Assembly: GCA_963799845.1 (NCBI GenBank)
Contig: CAWCYI010000006.1
Location: forward strand, 832,001 to 896,000
Source: an uncultured Nitrososphaerota archaeon
GTDB lineage: Archaea > Thermoproteota > Nitrososphaeria > Nitrososphaerales > CADDZS01
DNA length: 64,000 nucleotides
Direction of reading: 5' to 3'
Within the stretch, counting starts at the first letter, position 1; the number at the start of each line of letters is the position of its first letter. The position numbers and the translations under genes were made by a program. Of this stretch, positions 43,024 to 54,880 are shown piece by piece. The notes beneath the pieces were generated by a model, which did no database searches, was not told where the DNA came from, and saw only the letters and a list, made by a program, of their open reading frames with translations.

Positions 43024-44582
43024 GTGTCGTCTACGAGACCATTCAAAAAGGGTATTTCGGGTCAATTTTTCAGGGGAGTTAGACAAGAGAAAGTCATCGT
43101 AACAATTTTAGCTGCTTTATTGATAGTGCTTGGAGCATTACAAATGTTTAGCACAATCAGCGTCGCAAAAAGCGGAGCCACTCAAAGTAAAGTCGTCTCG
43201 AATCAATTCAATCCCTCAACGTTGCAGATTCCATTAACAGATCCCACTATTGAGTTGAGCACGGCTAATGGTGCGACGGTCTGCCCCGTGACTTTGAATG
43301 GCATCTGGACAGCTCAAGTGACACTTGTACGGTAAGTGGGGGCGATATTCCGCTGGGAACGACGCTACAAATAGACTCGGGTGTAACGCTTGTCAATTCC
43401 TGTTGCATGTCCTTCTCCGATGAAGGGACGATTGACAACTACGGGACGATTGTTAACTCAGGAGGATTTTTCATCAACGCGGGTATCGTCAACAACTATG
43501 GAACTATTGACAACTCAGGTGGAGGTGGCGTCACAATCGGTGGCGTGTTTACCAATTACGGAACCTTCGCAGATTCAACCCAAATCTTCGACGTGGACGT
43601 TGGTGGTGCAGGTAGTGCACTCGTCAACTATGGATCCATAGATGTCTTCGGCGGCATCCTCGTTGAAGCTGGCGGCGGCGCTATCACCAACGAGAACAGC
43701 GGGGTGCTGACAGTCGAGAGCAGTGGGACTATCGGAACTGGTGGTTGCTCCCATGGAATCATCCCCCCTTCGATCAACAACTATGGCACAATCATAGTCT
43801 TGAGCACTATTAGACATGGGGGTTTCGGAATCGGAAACTGCTTCTCTGTTACACTCAATAACTATGGATTCATCAACATAGCTGGTACTGATGGACTTGG
43901 CATCAATTTCAACGGTGTTCTCAACAATGAGAATGGGGGCAGTATCACAATCACCAGTAATCTTGACGATGAAGGGATACTCACAAACTATGGTGTTATT
44001 AACAACGAAGGGGGTGCACCAGGGGGTCTCACTATCGACAATGGTGGCCCTGGTACACCCGAAGGAATTCTTAGTAACTATGGGATCATCGATAACGAGA
44101 ACGGTGCATTTCTCGGAAGCTCAGGATTCATCACTAATGGAGGCATTATCATTTTTGAATGTGGTGCAACATTCGTTAACACGGGTACATTTACAGGCAA
44201 TCCTGTGTTGATGAATGCATGTCTCTCATGTCCTCAAGTTCCAAACACTGGTGGCGTCAACCTACAATGGGCTGACCTCCAAGACTGTAATCTTGCTGGA
44301 TAAAACATGGCAGGCGATAATCTGCAACATGCAGATCTCTCTGGTGCAGATCTCTCTGGTGCGAACTTTGCAGGAGCCAACATGCAACACGCAGATCTTT
44401 CTGGAGCATTCATCCAGGGTGTTTCTGGCCTAAACCCTACTAACTTCAATGGAGCAAACATGCAACAAGCCAATCTTGAAAATGCGTTTTGCGGCAGTCC
44501 TAACTATATCGTGGCATCAGGAGCAAATACACAACATATAGACTTGACAGGATCTATAGGTGTCTGTGACCCCCCGCTATAA
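43024..44582 (+). CDS. Secreted NYG-repeat (beta-helix-like) protein with C-terminal pentapeptide repeat; frameshift ~43315 and TAA at 44301
   Basis: Repeated NNYGTI motifs; ADLSG pentapeptides; the paralog has TAC where this copy has TAA. Confidence 0.75.
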
Positions 44583-44681
44583 TCACTCGGTACCTGCATA
44601 ATAGTCTGAGATTCCATACTCGCCTATTTTTTTGGTGGGGAGCCTGGCGGTCTCTTCTCAGATTATCATCAAAATATTATG
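44229..44681 (+). repeat. ~450-bp near-identical duplication (pentapeptide module plus 3' flank), copy 1
   Basis: Matches 47121-47572. Confidence 0.95.
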
Positions 44682-44934
44682 ACAACCTCAGGATCAGTCA
44701 TCTTTACTTTCACGACTCGGATTCTTTATAGCCAGCTCTAGGAGCGTCAATCTACTTGTTCAAGTCTTTGATCTGACTGAAACTACGGCCCTAATCCCGT
44801 CTTCTCCACATTTTAGGAGACTTTGTACTCTGTCTTTCTCCTAGTCTCATCTCTTCCTAGCTGAAAAGTCCGCAAAAATTGCTGAAAAGTTCCATGATAA
44901 TCAGTAACTCATTCTAATCAGTTTCTATCACGAT

Positions 44935-45972
44935 TCTCTTTTCCGACAATTATTTCGCAAGCTGGTAAACAGGAGTAGACTGGGAGAGTTTTGGAAGAGC
45001 GTAACAAAGCGTTACGAGAAACATGTGCCCGCGAAGCTTGATAGCGACAAGATCAGTTACCTCTTCAGAGCTGAGAGAAAGGGGCGAGAGCTGCGCAAAC
45101 ATTGCTCTCCAGCTCGGGGTGTCAAAGAGGAGGGTTGAGCAGATACTTGCCCAGCATAGGAAAGGTGGGGGTGTGCCTCTCCTCCTCAAGAAACCAGGAA
45201 GGAAAAGCATTCCAATTACCGACGAGGAAACTTCACTCGTCATTGATGCTTATCAGAGATATAGGGCAAACGCCCTCTACCTTGAACGAAAGATCGAGTG
45301 CGATAGCAAGATTCACATCAACCACAACAGGATACACAGGGTGCTCCTGATGAACTCCTTTGCGTCAAACTCTAGGAAGAAGTGGATAAGGAGGAAGTGG
45401 GTCAGATACGAGAGGGAACACTCGAATTCATTATGGCATACGGACTGGCACGAGGTAAAGGATCCGAGGTGGAAGGGCAAGTGGCTCACCTGCTATGAGG
45501 ATGATGCTTCTCGTCTCATTACCGGATTTGGGGTCCATGAAACGCTGACCTCGGAGTACTCTGTTTCCTGTCTTGAGAGTGCCATGAAGGAACACGGCAA
45601 ACCTGCATCGATCCTATCCGACCACGGAACCACATTTTACACGATGGAATCTGAGAGGAGGGAGAAGGGGATGACAGAATTCGAGAGGTGTCTCTTGAAG
45701 CACAAGATAAGATTCATCCTCGGAAGAGTCAACCACCCCCAGACGAACGGCAAGATCGAGAAGTTCTTCGACATATTCGAGAGCAAGATCAAGTGGTTCT
45801 CCTCGATAGATGAGTTCATGAAGTGGTACAATGAAGTGAGGCCTCATGGAGCCCTTGACCTCAAGACGCCAACCCCGGCTTACTACGAGAAGATGCCGCA
45901 GTTAGATGCTCTTGAATATCCTTTGTCTATGGAGGTCTCCTGACAGATGCGAAATGATTTCTGGAAAAAACA
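44935..45972 (+). mobile_element. IS481-family element
   Basis: Imperfect 25-bp TIR (shared inner atttcgca); direct repeat gtttctatcacgat at 44921-34 and 45973-86. Confidence 0.85.
45023..45943 (+). CDS. IS481 rve/DDE transposase
   Basis: RYEREHSNSLWHTDW, EDDASR, ILSDHG, HPQTNGKIEKF, YNEVRPHGAL. Confidence 0.92.
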   Translation: MCPRSLIATRSVTSSELRERGESCANIALQLGVSKRRVEQILAQHRKGGGVPLLLKKPGRKSIPITDEETSLVIDAYQRYRANALYLERKIECDSKIHINHNRIHRVLLMNSFASNSRKKWIRRKWVRYEREHSNSLWHTDWHEVKDPRWKGKWLTCYEDDASRLITGFGVHETLTSEYSVSCLESAMKEHGKPASILSDHGTTFYTMESERREKGMTEFERCLLKHKIRFILGRVNHPQTNGKIEKFFDIFESKIKWFSSIDEFMKWYNEVRPHGALDLKTPTPAYYEKMPQLDALEYPLSMEVS

Positions 45973-46030
45973 GTTTCTATCACGATAGTAATGCTTATAG
46001 TCCACTATACTGCCGCTTTGATGAGCTTTA

Positions 46031-47474
46031 TTGTTAGATATCCACAAAGCTGCATCTGGTCAGAGTCGCTTGATGAAATTGTCAGGGTTGAAATCCAAAA
46101 CATCCGGCTTTAGAATGGCGCCTTTCATCGTCTTGATTATGCTCACACTCATCTTGTTCTCATTTACCAGTGCCCTCTATTTTCGGCCCGCGAGCGGAGA
46201 ATCCATCAATCCGTGGGGAAGTACCACAAGCTATCCCACGAGCATAACCTCACCATCATGCGCGATATACCAGAGCTACATCTATTGCGTGGCAGGAGCT
46301 ACCTCGGGCGGCGGTGTCGCCACTAACGCCGTCTACTACGCCACAATATCTTCATCGGGTGTAGGCACGTGGATAAGCACCACGAACTATCCCGCTAACC
46401 TGTACGCCCCGTCATGCGCGATATACTCGGGCTACATCTACTGCGTTGGAGGAAATGCCAACTCTGGAACGCAGGAGACCAACGCCGTATACTTCGCCTC
46501 AGTATCTTCCTCCGGTGTGGGCACCTGGACTAGCACTACGAGTCTATCCAACCACGATATACTCCCAATCATGCGCTATATTTTCGGGCTACATATATTG
46601 TGTTGGAGGGGACAATACAGAGTCTAGCCAAACGAACGCTGTCTACTATGCCACAGTATCATCCTCCGGTGTGGGCACCTGGGCTAGCACCTCAAGTTAT
46701 CCAACTACGATAACTTCATTTCCGTGTGCGGTAGACTCGGGCTACATCTACTGCGTCGGGGGATATACCGGTTCTAGCGTCACCGACGCCGTCTACTACG
46801 CCACAGTAGGGTCTTCCGGCGTGGGCACCTGGACTAGCACCTCAAGTTATCCCTCAGACGTATACTATCAATCATGTGCGACATACTCGGGCTACCTCTA
46901 CTGCGTGGGAGGAGCTACCACCTCTGTCCTCACCGACGCCGTCTACTACGCCACAGTAGGGTCTTCCGGCGTGGGCACCTGGACTAGCGCCTCCAGTTAT
47001 CCCACTGACATATTCACTCAATCATGTGCGACATACTCGGGCTACCTCTACTGCGTGGGAGGAATAATTACCGGCTCTGGCCTTACAAACACAGTTTACT
47101 ATGCCGAAATAACATCTCCCTGTCCACAGGTGCCAAACACTGGTGGCGTCAACCTACAATGGGCTAACCTACAAAACTGCAATCTTGCTGGATACAACAT
47201 GGCAGGCGATAATCTACAACATGCAGATCTCTCAGGTGCAGATCTCTCTGGTGCGAACTTTGCTGGAGCTAACATGCAACATGCAGATCTTTCTGGAGCA
47301 TTCATCCAGGGTGTTTCGGACTTGAATCCCACTAACTTCAACGGAGCAAACATGCAACAAGCCAATCTTGAAAATGCGTTTTGCGGAAGTCCCAACTATA
47401 TCGTGGCATCGGGTGCGAATACACAACACATAGACTTGACAGGATCTATAGGTGTCTGTGACCCCCCGCTATAA
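46031..47474 (+). CDS. Secreted Kelch-like beta-propeller protein with pentapeptide C-terminus (frameshift ~46543)
   Basis: Six ~50-aa repeats SCA.YSGYIYCVGG...AVYYA...GVGTWTSTTSYP. Confidence 0.8.
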
Positions 47475-47572
47475 TCACTCGGTACCTGCATAATAGTCTG
47501 AGATTCCATACTCGCCTATTTTTTGGTGGGGCGCCTGGCGGTCTCTTCTCAGATTATCATCAGAATATTATG
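47121..47572 (+). repeat. ~450-bp duplication, copy 2
   Basis: Matches 44229-44681. Confidence 0.95.
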
Positions 47573-47799
47573 GCGACCATCACCCGCAACTAATTGGAAT
47601 GAGTGAGTTATCGACGCTCGTTCCTGCTCACTTCTGAAGTGATTTGGAGCATACTTATTGAGGCTCTTATCCTGTGGCTTGATGAATGGTTCTGTTTCGT
47701 TATTGGGCGATTTCTAATGGGTTTCATGTTGGGTAGCAACAATAAAGAGTCAGGCTATGGAGCAATGACCTTATCCGTTTTGAGTCAATATGAGGTGTA

Positions 47800-48987
47800 A
47801 TGCTATATGCGAACATGGACTCTCCGCCGATCATGAGTGAAAGAAACTCATCAACGAAACACGAGGGTGCCCCTGGTCAAGTCTTCAGAGGAAATAGACT
47901 AATATCAAGTTCCCTTTTTCATGTTCATCCGAATATTAAGTTAGGACGTATTGCCGCCCTAATTTTATTATTCATTCTGGTTTCAGCAGCCATAGGTGTT
48001 CAAATCCCTTCAAGCTTCTTTCGTTCGGCGCAGGCTACCTCGGTCATCGAGTTGAGCATTTCAGACGGCCCGACGGTCTGTCCCGCAGCACCTTTGAACG
48101 GCATATGGGCACCGTTCGGTGAGAATGTATGCTTAGTAAGTAGCGTCGTTATTCAGTCAGGAACGACCCTACAGATTGACTCTGGTGTAAACCTTACAAT
48201 TGGTCAAAGCCCTACCACGGGCGACCCTGGAACTTTCACCAACCAAGGGACGATCGATAACTACGGGAGTCTAACGAGTTTTGGAGGCTCTCTCCAAAGT
48301 TCAGGTGTGATTACCAACGAGAATGGCGGCATAATCTCAGTCATCGATAACCCTCTGGATATCGACATCACGGTCACTGGTACCTTCAACAACTACGGCA
48401 CTATTGACATCTCACTCCCTGATGACTTCGGTGGAATACTCGACATCTCAGGCGGTACAATCATCAACGAGAACAGCGGCACAATCGACAATATCGGTAC
48501 TATTGACAACCAAGGTACGGTCATAAACTATGGTACTATTGACAAGGTAGGTTCGTTATCGACAGGTTTCGGACAGACAATCCTCAACAACTACGGCTTT
48601 ATTGACAACTATGGAACCATCATTAATGAGAACGGAGAACTCATCAATAACGTCGGTACGATCGTCGACGAATGCGGAGCGATCTTCATCAACTCCGGTA
48701 CGCTGGAGGGCAATCCTGTGCTGAATGTATGCGATCCAGCCCAAGCTATCTCTGGTCTGATTAGCTTGAAAGATAGCATGAATCTTCCCAATGGTATTAC
48801 TAACAGCCTGGATGCCAAGCTGAACGCGGCACTAGACTCAGTAAACCGGGGGAATGATAATGCAGCCGTGAATCAGCTCAACGCGTTCATCAATGAGGTG
48901 AATGCTCAAACAGGAAATAAGATAACCGAGGCTCAGTCCCAATTATTGATTACAGACGCGCAAGCCATCATAAACGCGCTTGGTTAG
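47800..48987 (+). CDS. Secreted NYG-repeat protein with C-terminal FIMAH-like helical domain
   Basis: TM/signal segment, NNYGTI repeats, NSLDAKLNAA...AVNQLNAFINEVNAQTG. Confidence 0.75.
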   Translation: MLYANMDSPPIMSERNSSTKHEGAPGQVFRGNRLISSSLFHVHPNIKLGRIAALILLFILVSAAIGVQIPSSFFRSAQATSVIELSISDGPTVCPAAPLNGIWAPFGENVCLVSSVVIQSGTTLQIDSGVNLTIGQSPTTGDPGTFTNQGTIDNYGSLTSFGGSLQSSGVITNENGGIISVIDNPLDIDITVTGTFNNYGTIDISLPDDFGGILDISGGTIINENSGTIDNIGTIDNQGTVINYGTIDKVGSLSTGFGQTILNNYGFIDNYGTIINENGELINNVGTIVDECGAIFINSGTLEGNPVLNVCDPAQAISGLISLKDSMNLPNGITNSLDAKLNAALDSVNRGNDNAAVNQLNAFINEVNAQTGNKITEAQSQLLITDAQAIINALG

Positions 48988-49441
48988 CATCAAAATCTCC
49001 TTACCCACTAATCTCGCCCTTTTCTCTTAGCCTCAAGTAAATCTATTTCTCTCTGCTGAATGACGAGTAGAGACATGAAGAACGCCTCAGTCTGATATTT
49101 CTCAGGCATTGCCTCTATTGCTTCCTTGAAACGCAAGACTGGGCCATAGAGATTCTTTTTCAGGAGGGTTAGATCTTCAATGCGGAGTGCATTTTCAAAA
49201 ACCGTGTCAAGATGCTAGTTCGATGTCTAGAGAAGACATTGTAGGAGTTACTGTAGCGCAGTAACTTAACTATTTTGAATTCCTGTTGTGTTCGGGGAGA
49301 AAGGGGTCTCCAAACGTGTTTCTGATACTCAAAGAACTGCCCTTAGTCCTTTCAGACAATTAGAGCAATGGAAAGAGCTAAATATTGTCTAAAGAAATTG
49401 GGATGACCGCGCAGTTGTTCTCCGCGCGGCGAAGTTATCGA

Positions 49442-50801
49442 TCATGAGGTGGGGGTTATGTTGACGAATGATGGTATATCCAATGGTGCCAATAATCCGG
49501 AGGTGACCGTCTCCGTGAATCCGGTTAGTGTCACCGTGGCGGGTTCTACATTGGTCCCTGCAAATGAATTTCCACTAGGAGCATCGTTGTAAGCCGTCAC
49601 TTGTATCGGCGCTGTTGAAAATGAACCCTTGAAATTGTTGCCCAAGAGGGTAGCAGAGGTTGGATTCGCAACGAAACCGTCCGAGACTATGGCTATCCCT
49701 ACCAGGCTGCCTGAGATTCTGTTGTTAGAAGCTGTATAGGTTCCATCATTCAAATACATTCCTTCGTACCTGTTGTTTTGAACAACATTGTTCGTGGACA
49801 TCACTGCGTCACTGGAAGTAAGGATTCCAATATCGTTGCCGCTGACCGTGTTGCCACTCACCCTAGTGCCGGCACCCGACTCGTAGGTGAGAATCCCCGC
49901 GCTTTGCGTTTGAGTAACATAATCCGAGCCGCATGTTGTAGGTACATTGCATTCGTTGCCGCTGACTGTGTTGTCCGACACGGTGCCCACCGCTCCGAAG
50001 CCAATCTGGATGCCATTAGGGGCGATATAATCGGTATAGGCCGAATAAAACGACACTGTATTCTTGGTGATAGTGCAAGTGGTTCCCACATCATTGCAGG
50101 TAATCCCATTCTTGTTGTAGTTCAGCACTTGGTTATTCGATATTACAACAGTCGAGGATAAACTAACACCTGTCTGGACTTCGACGGCATTACCAGGTTG
50201 ACAACCAGCAGAGCCTAATGGAAGGTAGACGTTCTGTACAGTATTGCCAGTAATTGTACCACCTGCGTTGAGAAATAGAACTCCCTCATAGTCAAAGGGA
50301 TCGCCTGTTATGGGTAAACCACAACTGAAACCAGCTGAGGTAAAGAAAGCAGGAAGAAGGGAACCATCAACTACTAGATTAGTGATTGTTACTCCCGTTA
50401 TTGAAGAGCCCCCTGCAAGTATGATGTTGTATTCAGGAGTGGTGGTATCAGGGTCTGCTGAATTTTGAACAACAGACGTTGGCTCTATGGTCGCTTGCTG
50501 GTGCCCACCGGTACTCTCCAAAGTAACGGAGCTGAGATGTGATCGTAATCTGTGTGTTGTAGGTCGCGCCCGCGGTGAAGCAGTAGGTTCCTGGGCTGGT
50601 TATTGAGATGGGAACCATTGGATTTGCCTCCAAATAACTGCTGGATAAATAAGTGGTAGTGCAGTGAGGGTCAGCTGAGCTCGAGCTCGCGCTCACGAAA
50701 ATCGTTGGGATGAAAAGAAAGGATGCCGTTGCTAACAAAGCAATTCCTATTGTCGCGAATAACATTGTTCTGTGGACTACGATTTGATTGGTGAATCTCA
50801 T
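49442..50801 (-). CDS. Secreted right-handed beta-helix protein (frameshift ~50530)
   Basis: Signal peptide; ISNNQV..YNKNGI, NGIQI, VSGNTVSGNDIGI repeats. Confidence 0.8.
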
Positions 50802-51948
50802 ATCCGAGTGGTTCGGGTAGGTATTATAAGAACGAGACGCTCACTCAAATGGCTCAATAACGAAGAAAAGTCCATGATCTTTCATCATAGAGACCCAGAA
50901 TGTCATTTCGGCTATGACACCAAAATACAGAGTTTTTGATTGGGCTGGCGATGGGAGTGGATAGATGTATGAAAGAGAAACAAAAGGACGATGACGGAAA
51001 TATTTTGGTAGCATAAAGGAGTGTCTATGAATGTTGCTTCGAAATGCGCGCGAGCTCGCTCAGGTATGAATGTCTATCTACACAAGACAATATTTCCGCT
51101 CGGTAGGACGACGTCAATCGCCTAATCTTCATCAAAGTATTCAAGTAAGTGATCTTCCGCCGTTAGGTTGGAAAACTTTATTCCAGAACGCCTCAAAGCA
51201 CGAGATGTGTTCACTGTCGGAGTCTGACTCTGATAAAGTGAAAGTTCAAGTTCCCGATATTGGTCAGAGACCCCCCGAAGATCGAGGAATAGCCGACGTT
51301 TCTTGACTACACAACTAGAAAATATTACCATGTAATGATGTCTGTAACTGTAAAAAAGGAGCCTCTGGGAGGGGAGACCCCTTTACTCCCAGAGTAGGTG
51401 ACTGGCAAGCTGACGCAGATTAGACTATGTCGACCGTAGAATCTCCAGAAACGGTGTAGGTGTGTCCAGGGGAGAAATGATAGATTTTTGAAAATAGAAG
51501 TTGCGTGCGTTCTAGCCTCAAACCAAAACGCACTCCTGATCGCCGTCAGTTCGCTATTTTCAGGTGATACAGAAGTACGATAGACCGAGTTAAAAATCCT
51601 CTCTCGACTGAGAGCGGAGGACAATCAAGTTCCGTAAATCAAGACAGTTTATCGTCGGCTAGCAACCAATTGACCAGTTCTTGGCCGGATACAAAGCAAA
51701 TCGATTTCAGTGATGCACCGAGTTTTCGAATAAACGAATCTTGGTACTGTATTCACATCGACTATCCCTTTGTCGACGGGCAGGCAATCGATACTTTCCG
51801 CATCAATGCCGGCGATACCTGCGAGATAGGATTAGAAGCTCGGTACTGGTTTTCCAAAAATATGTCGAATGATAATAGAATATCGCGTATGCCGAGTAAA
51901 GAATCCGACCTTGAACGAGGATAGTTATCGCTTCTTTACCTACTAGGA

Positions 51949-52233
51949 CTAGATCCCTGTTTTTCTCTTCTCGTCATCGATTCGTCTTAGCATTTCCCGT
52001 ACTTTCATTTCGACCAGCTCCTCGATATTCTCACCGTGTTTTATTCTGGAGCTCCTGAACGCTTCAAGACCTTGGCTGATTTTATCGCCCAATTCTTCCG
52101 ACGGTAGCCCTTCATTCCGGTCTATTATACCATCAATCAAGTTTCTTTCTTCCTGATCACTCGCGCTCAGTTTCGACATCGAGCGAACAAGCTCGATCTG
52201 ATTTTCTCCCAGCTCTTGATTTTTCAGCTTCAA
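51949..52233 (-). CDS. Small helical hypothetical protein
   Basis: 94 aa charged ORF. Confidence 0.45.
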   Translation of the reverse strand: MKLKNQELGENQIELVRSMSKLSASDQEERNLIDGIIDRNEGLPSEELGDKISQGLEAFRSSRIKHGENIEELVEMKVREMLRRIDDEKRKTGI

Positions 52234-52566
52234 CTGCTTAGAAAGTAAATTAAGTAATCCAGATTAACAGCTTCTAGTATAGCAGCAATAATCTCGATAA
52301 TTTTACGGTCGATAACATTCTCCCAAATCATTGGATGGCGCTGGAAGTACATAAAGCCCGGATTACGGATTACCGCGCTCTGTTACTTCACTCTCTTTGT
52401 AGGCTTTATCGGAATGAGCAACGCGCCGTTCGGTCTCACGTACGGCATTCGAAAAAGAATGGATTAGACAGCTTGGCTTGGGATATTGACTTCCTGCTTT
52501 CCAGGTTCCTACACGTCAATCCGAGAGCACAACACTAGTCGCACTTGAGACTTGTAAAAAGAAGAA

Positions 52567-52595
52567 AGAACGCTGAGCTTCTCACTCAGCGTTCT
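52567..52595 (-). terminator. Hairpin followed by U-rich tract
   Basis: Perfect 11-bp stem agaacgctgag/ctcagcgttct, then ttcttcttttt on the minus strand, 60 bp after the stop at 52656. Confidence 0.6.
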
Positions 52596-52655
52596 CATTG
52601 CGATTGGATGTAGTGACTTGCTGGGACACTGCTAAATCTCGGTGGTTTCCTACGA

Positions 52656-54134
52656 TCAGAGGCTTGTTATATCCACGGTGGTTAGGTAGGGTGACACTCC
52701 GGAGACCGTTTGAGACAACCCATTTATCGTCAACACCACTGCGGGCGTGGGATTGTTAGGTCCTCCATAGGTCCCGCCTGACAGGGCAATCACCTGAACG
52801 ATGGCCGTAGAGAAGTGTCCGTTAAAGTCGTTTCCGTTGAGAGTGGAATAAGTTGCAGTAAGGATGAAACCGTCCGATACTACCGCTACGCCTATTGGAC
52901 TGCTGGATATCTGATTTTTCGAAGCAATGTAGTTACCGTCGTATTGCAATATGCCTTCATACGTGCTGTCTTGAATAGTGTTTGATGTAGCTGTGACCGG
53001 GGCTGTATCGTCGTATGAGGAAACTCCGATATCATCCTGTTGGAGCTTATTGCCCGTCACTGTGGCACCGCCCGACCAATAAGTGCCAATTCCTGTCGCG
53101 GTGGCTTCACCGTTATACAAATTGGAACCGCATGCAGGGAAGTAAGTGCATAGGTTTTCAGTGACTGTGTTACCGGATACGGTCCCCTTGGCACCATCTG
53201 CTATCAGGATACCGTTGGTCGCGACTCCAGCGCCAGCTGTTGAGAGAGGTGAAACTTTGTTTTTATCAATGGTACAAATAGTCCCCTCATCATTGCAGCT
53301 GATGCCGTTTTTGGTGTACCCCGTCACAGTGTTGCCACTAATCGATACTACAGATCCAGCGGAGGCGGTGCTCTGGACCCAAATTGCCTCGCCACAATTG
53401 TCCAATGATGATCCAGCGATGTTCACTACCTGCGTGTTTGTAACAGCTCCGGAAGCACCTGAGAAGAGTATTCCCATGAAATCTGGAGGAGGTTGTGTTG
53501 GACTATTGCAGTTTGTAGGATCGTTAATACCATTAACCACCAGATTCTGAATTTTGACTGATGATGATCCCGCGACAAGAATTATTGCGACCTGGGTTGG
53601 AAAGGCCCACACCTCGTCGCATATGTTCAGGGTGCTACTGGTACACCCACTCGGGTACGTAGGAGTGTACGTGGTAAGCGAAGCAATAGAACTAGGCTCT
53701 ATTATAGCCTGCCCTAGCTTTGTCCCTGGCGCAGTCGTTAACACCACGTTGCTTGCAGTGACAGTTATTTGTGTGTTGTAGGTTCCCGCTTCGAAACAGT
53801 ACGTTCCCGAGCTACTAATTGAGATAGGCGTGAAGCTAACGTAAGAGCCTGGTAAGTAGGTAGTGGTACATGGATCGCTGGCGGAAGCTGGCGACAGGGA
53901 ATACATTGACAGAGCCGATAGCAAAAATAATGCAGCTATCGAGACTGCCATTATTGAGTATGTTAGATTCTTCATAGGATTTCGTCGAGAATGGTGCATC
54001 ATAATAAGATATCGACGATTCTCAATGATGAGAACTGCCTTCACTTTCGAGCCACAAGTTTTGCCCGAGCTCGATTCCAAGTCTATTGGAAGGAATCTTT
54101 GAAAAAGGCTATTTTTAGCATCTGACATTCTCAA
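52656..54134 (-). CDS. Secreted right-handed beta-helix protein (paralog of 49442-50801; likely start ~53975)
   Basis: DPCTTTYL...PISISSSGTYCFEAGTYNTQITVT and YTKNGISCND shared with the paralog. Confidence 0.82.
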   Translation of the reverse strand: MRMSDAKNSLFQRFLPIDLESSSGKTCGSKVKAVLIIENRRYLIMMHHSRRNPMKNLTYSIMAVSIAALFLLSALSMYSLSPASASDPCTTTYLPGSYVSFTPISISSSGTYCFEAGTYNTQITVTASNVVLTTAPGTKLGQAIIEPSSIASLTTYTPTYPSGCTSSTLNICDEVWAFPTQVAIILVAGSSSVKIQNLVVNGINDPTNCNSPTQPPPDFMGILFSGASGAVTNTQVVNIAGSSLDNCGEAIWVQSTASAGSVVSISGNTVTGYTKNGISCNDEGTICTIDKNKVSPLSTAGAGVATNGILIADGAKGTVSGNTVTENLCTYFPACGSNLYNGEATATGIGTYWSGGATVTGNKLQQDDIGVSSYDDTAPVTATSNTIQDSTYEGILQYDGNYIASKNQISSSPIGVAVVSDGFILTATYSTLNGNDFNGHFSTAIVQVIALSGGTYGGPNNPTPAVVLTINGLSQTVSGVSPYLTTVDITSL

Positions 54135-54880
54135 ACTCTAAGCTTTTCTCTGTGTGCGGCGAAGCTTCGGACGGTTTCTTTTTCGAATCTTATCCTAATA
54201 CTCCTAACTTCTCCGCTTCGCCCTCATTCTCCAGAAAATATCCTTGTTTCGATGAGCCCGGATTTCGCCCAAGATGACTCTAATTTGTACAGCCAGATAT
54301 AGCGGAATCCGATATACCGGAATTCGCTATATTTCTGGGATAAAAGGCGACAGATGATTAATTTTATTACAATTCTGGCCCAAATGTAAATTCTACACTA
54401 ATTCTCTCAAAATGATGTGAGGCCAGTAAGTGCCGGAAAATCAAGCTTTCCTTAGCCTTGAATGGACGACATCCCCCAAGGCTACTGCCCTAAATTGTCG
54501 GTGGTTGCCGCGATGAGCAGGTCGTGACCACTGAAGGATTTGAAGCAGCGAGTGATATGGGACTGGGTGATGGCAGATCTGACAGTTGTTGAACCTTGTT
54601 TGAATTTGTACATTTGTTCGTCTCCTATGGTGGACAGATTGCCGTCAGACTGTAGAAAACATCTACGATGCCAGATGCGACGGAAATATCTAGATAGAAT
54701 AAGTTTCCTGAGTAAGTCATTGTGTATCCATTCAAATCAGGAGGAGCGATTTGTGCATCCTCGACAATAGAACCACTACTGGTCAGAAAATCCAGAAGGA
54801 GTGTATTACTTCCTTCAAAAAATTCTTCGCTCCAGCTCAGACCTCACGAGTGCGAACGAAGCGGACCCCACAATCTGGAA

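Noticed and set aside
44301-44303. Stop-codon readthrough or recoding
   Set aside because: A single TAA versus TAC in the paralog, creating an A run; more simply a mutation or base-call error.
44229-47572. DGR template/variable repeat pair
   Set aside because: Differences are few, mostly synonymous and not clearly adenine-restricted, and no reverse transcriptase is in the window.
54200-54850. Possible tRNA or C/D sRNA in a long intergenic gap
   Set aside because: No cloverleaf or convincing box C/D pair could be identified by eye.
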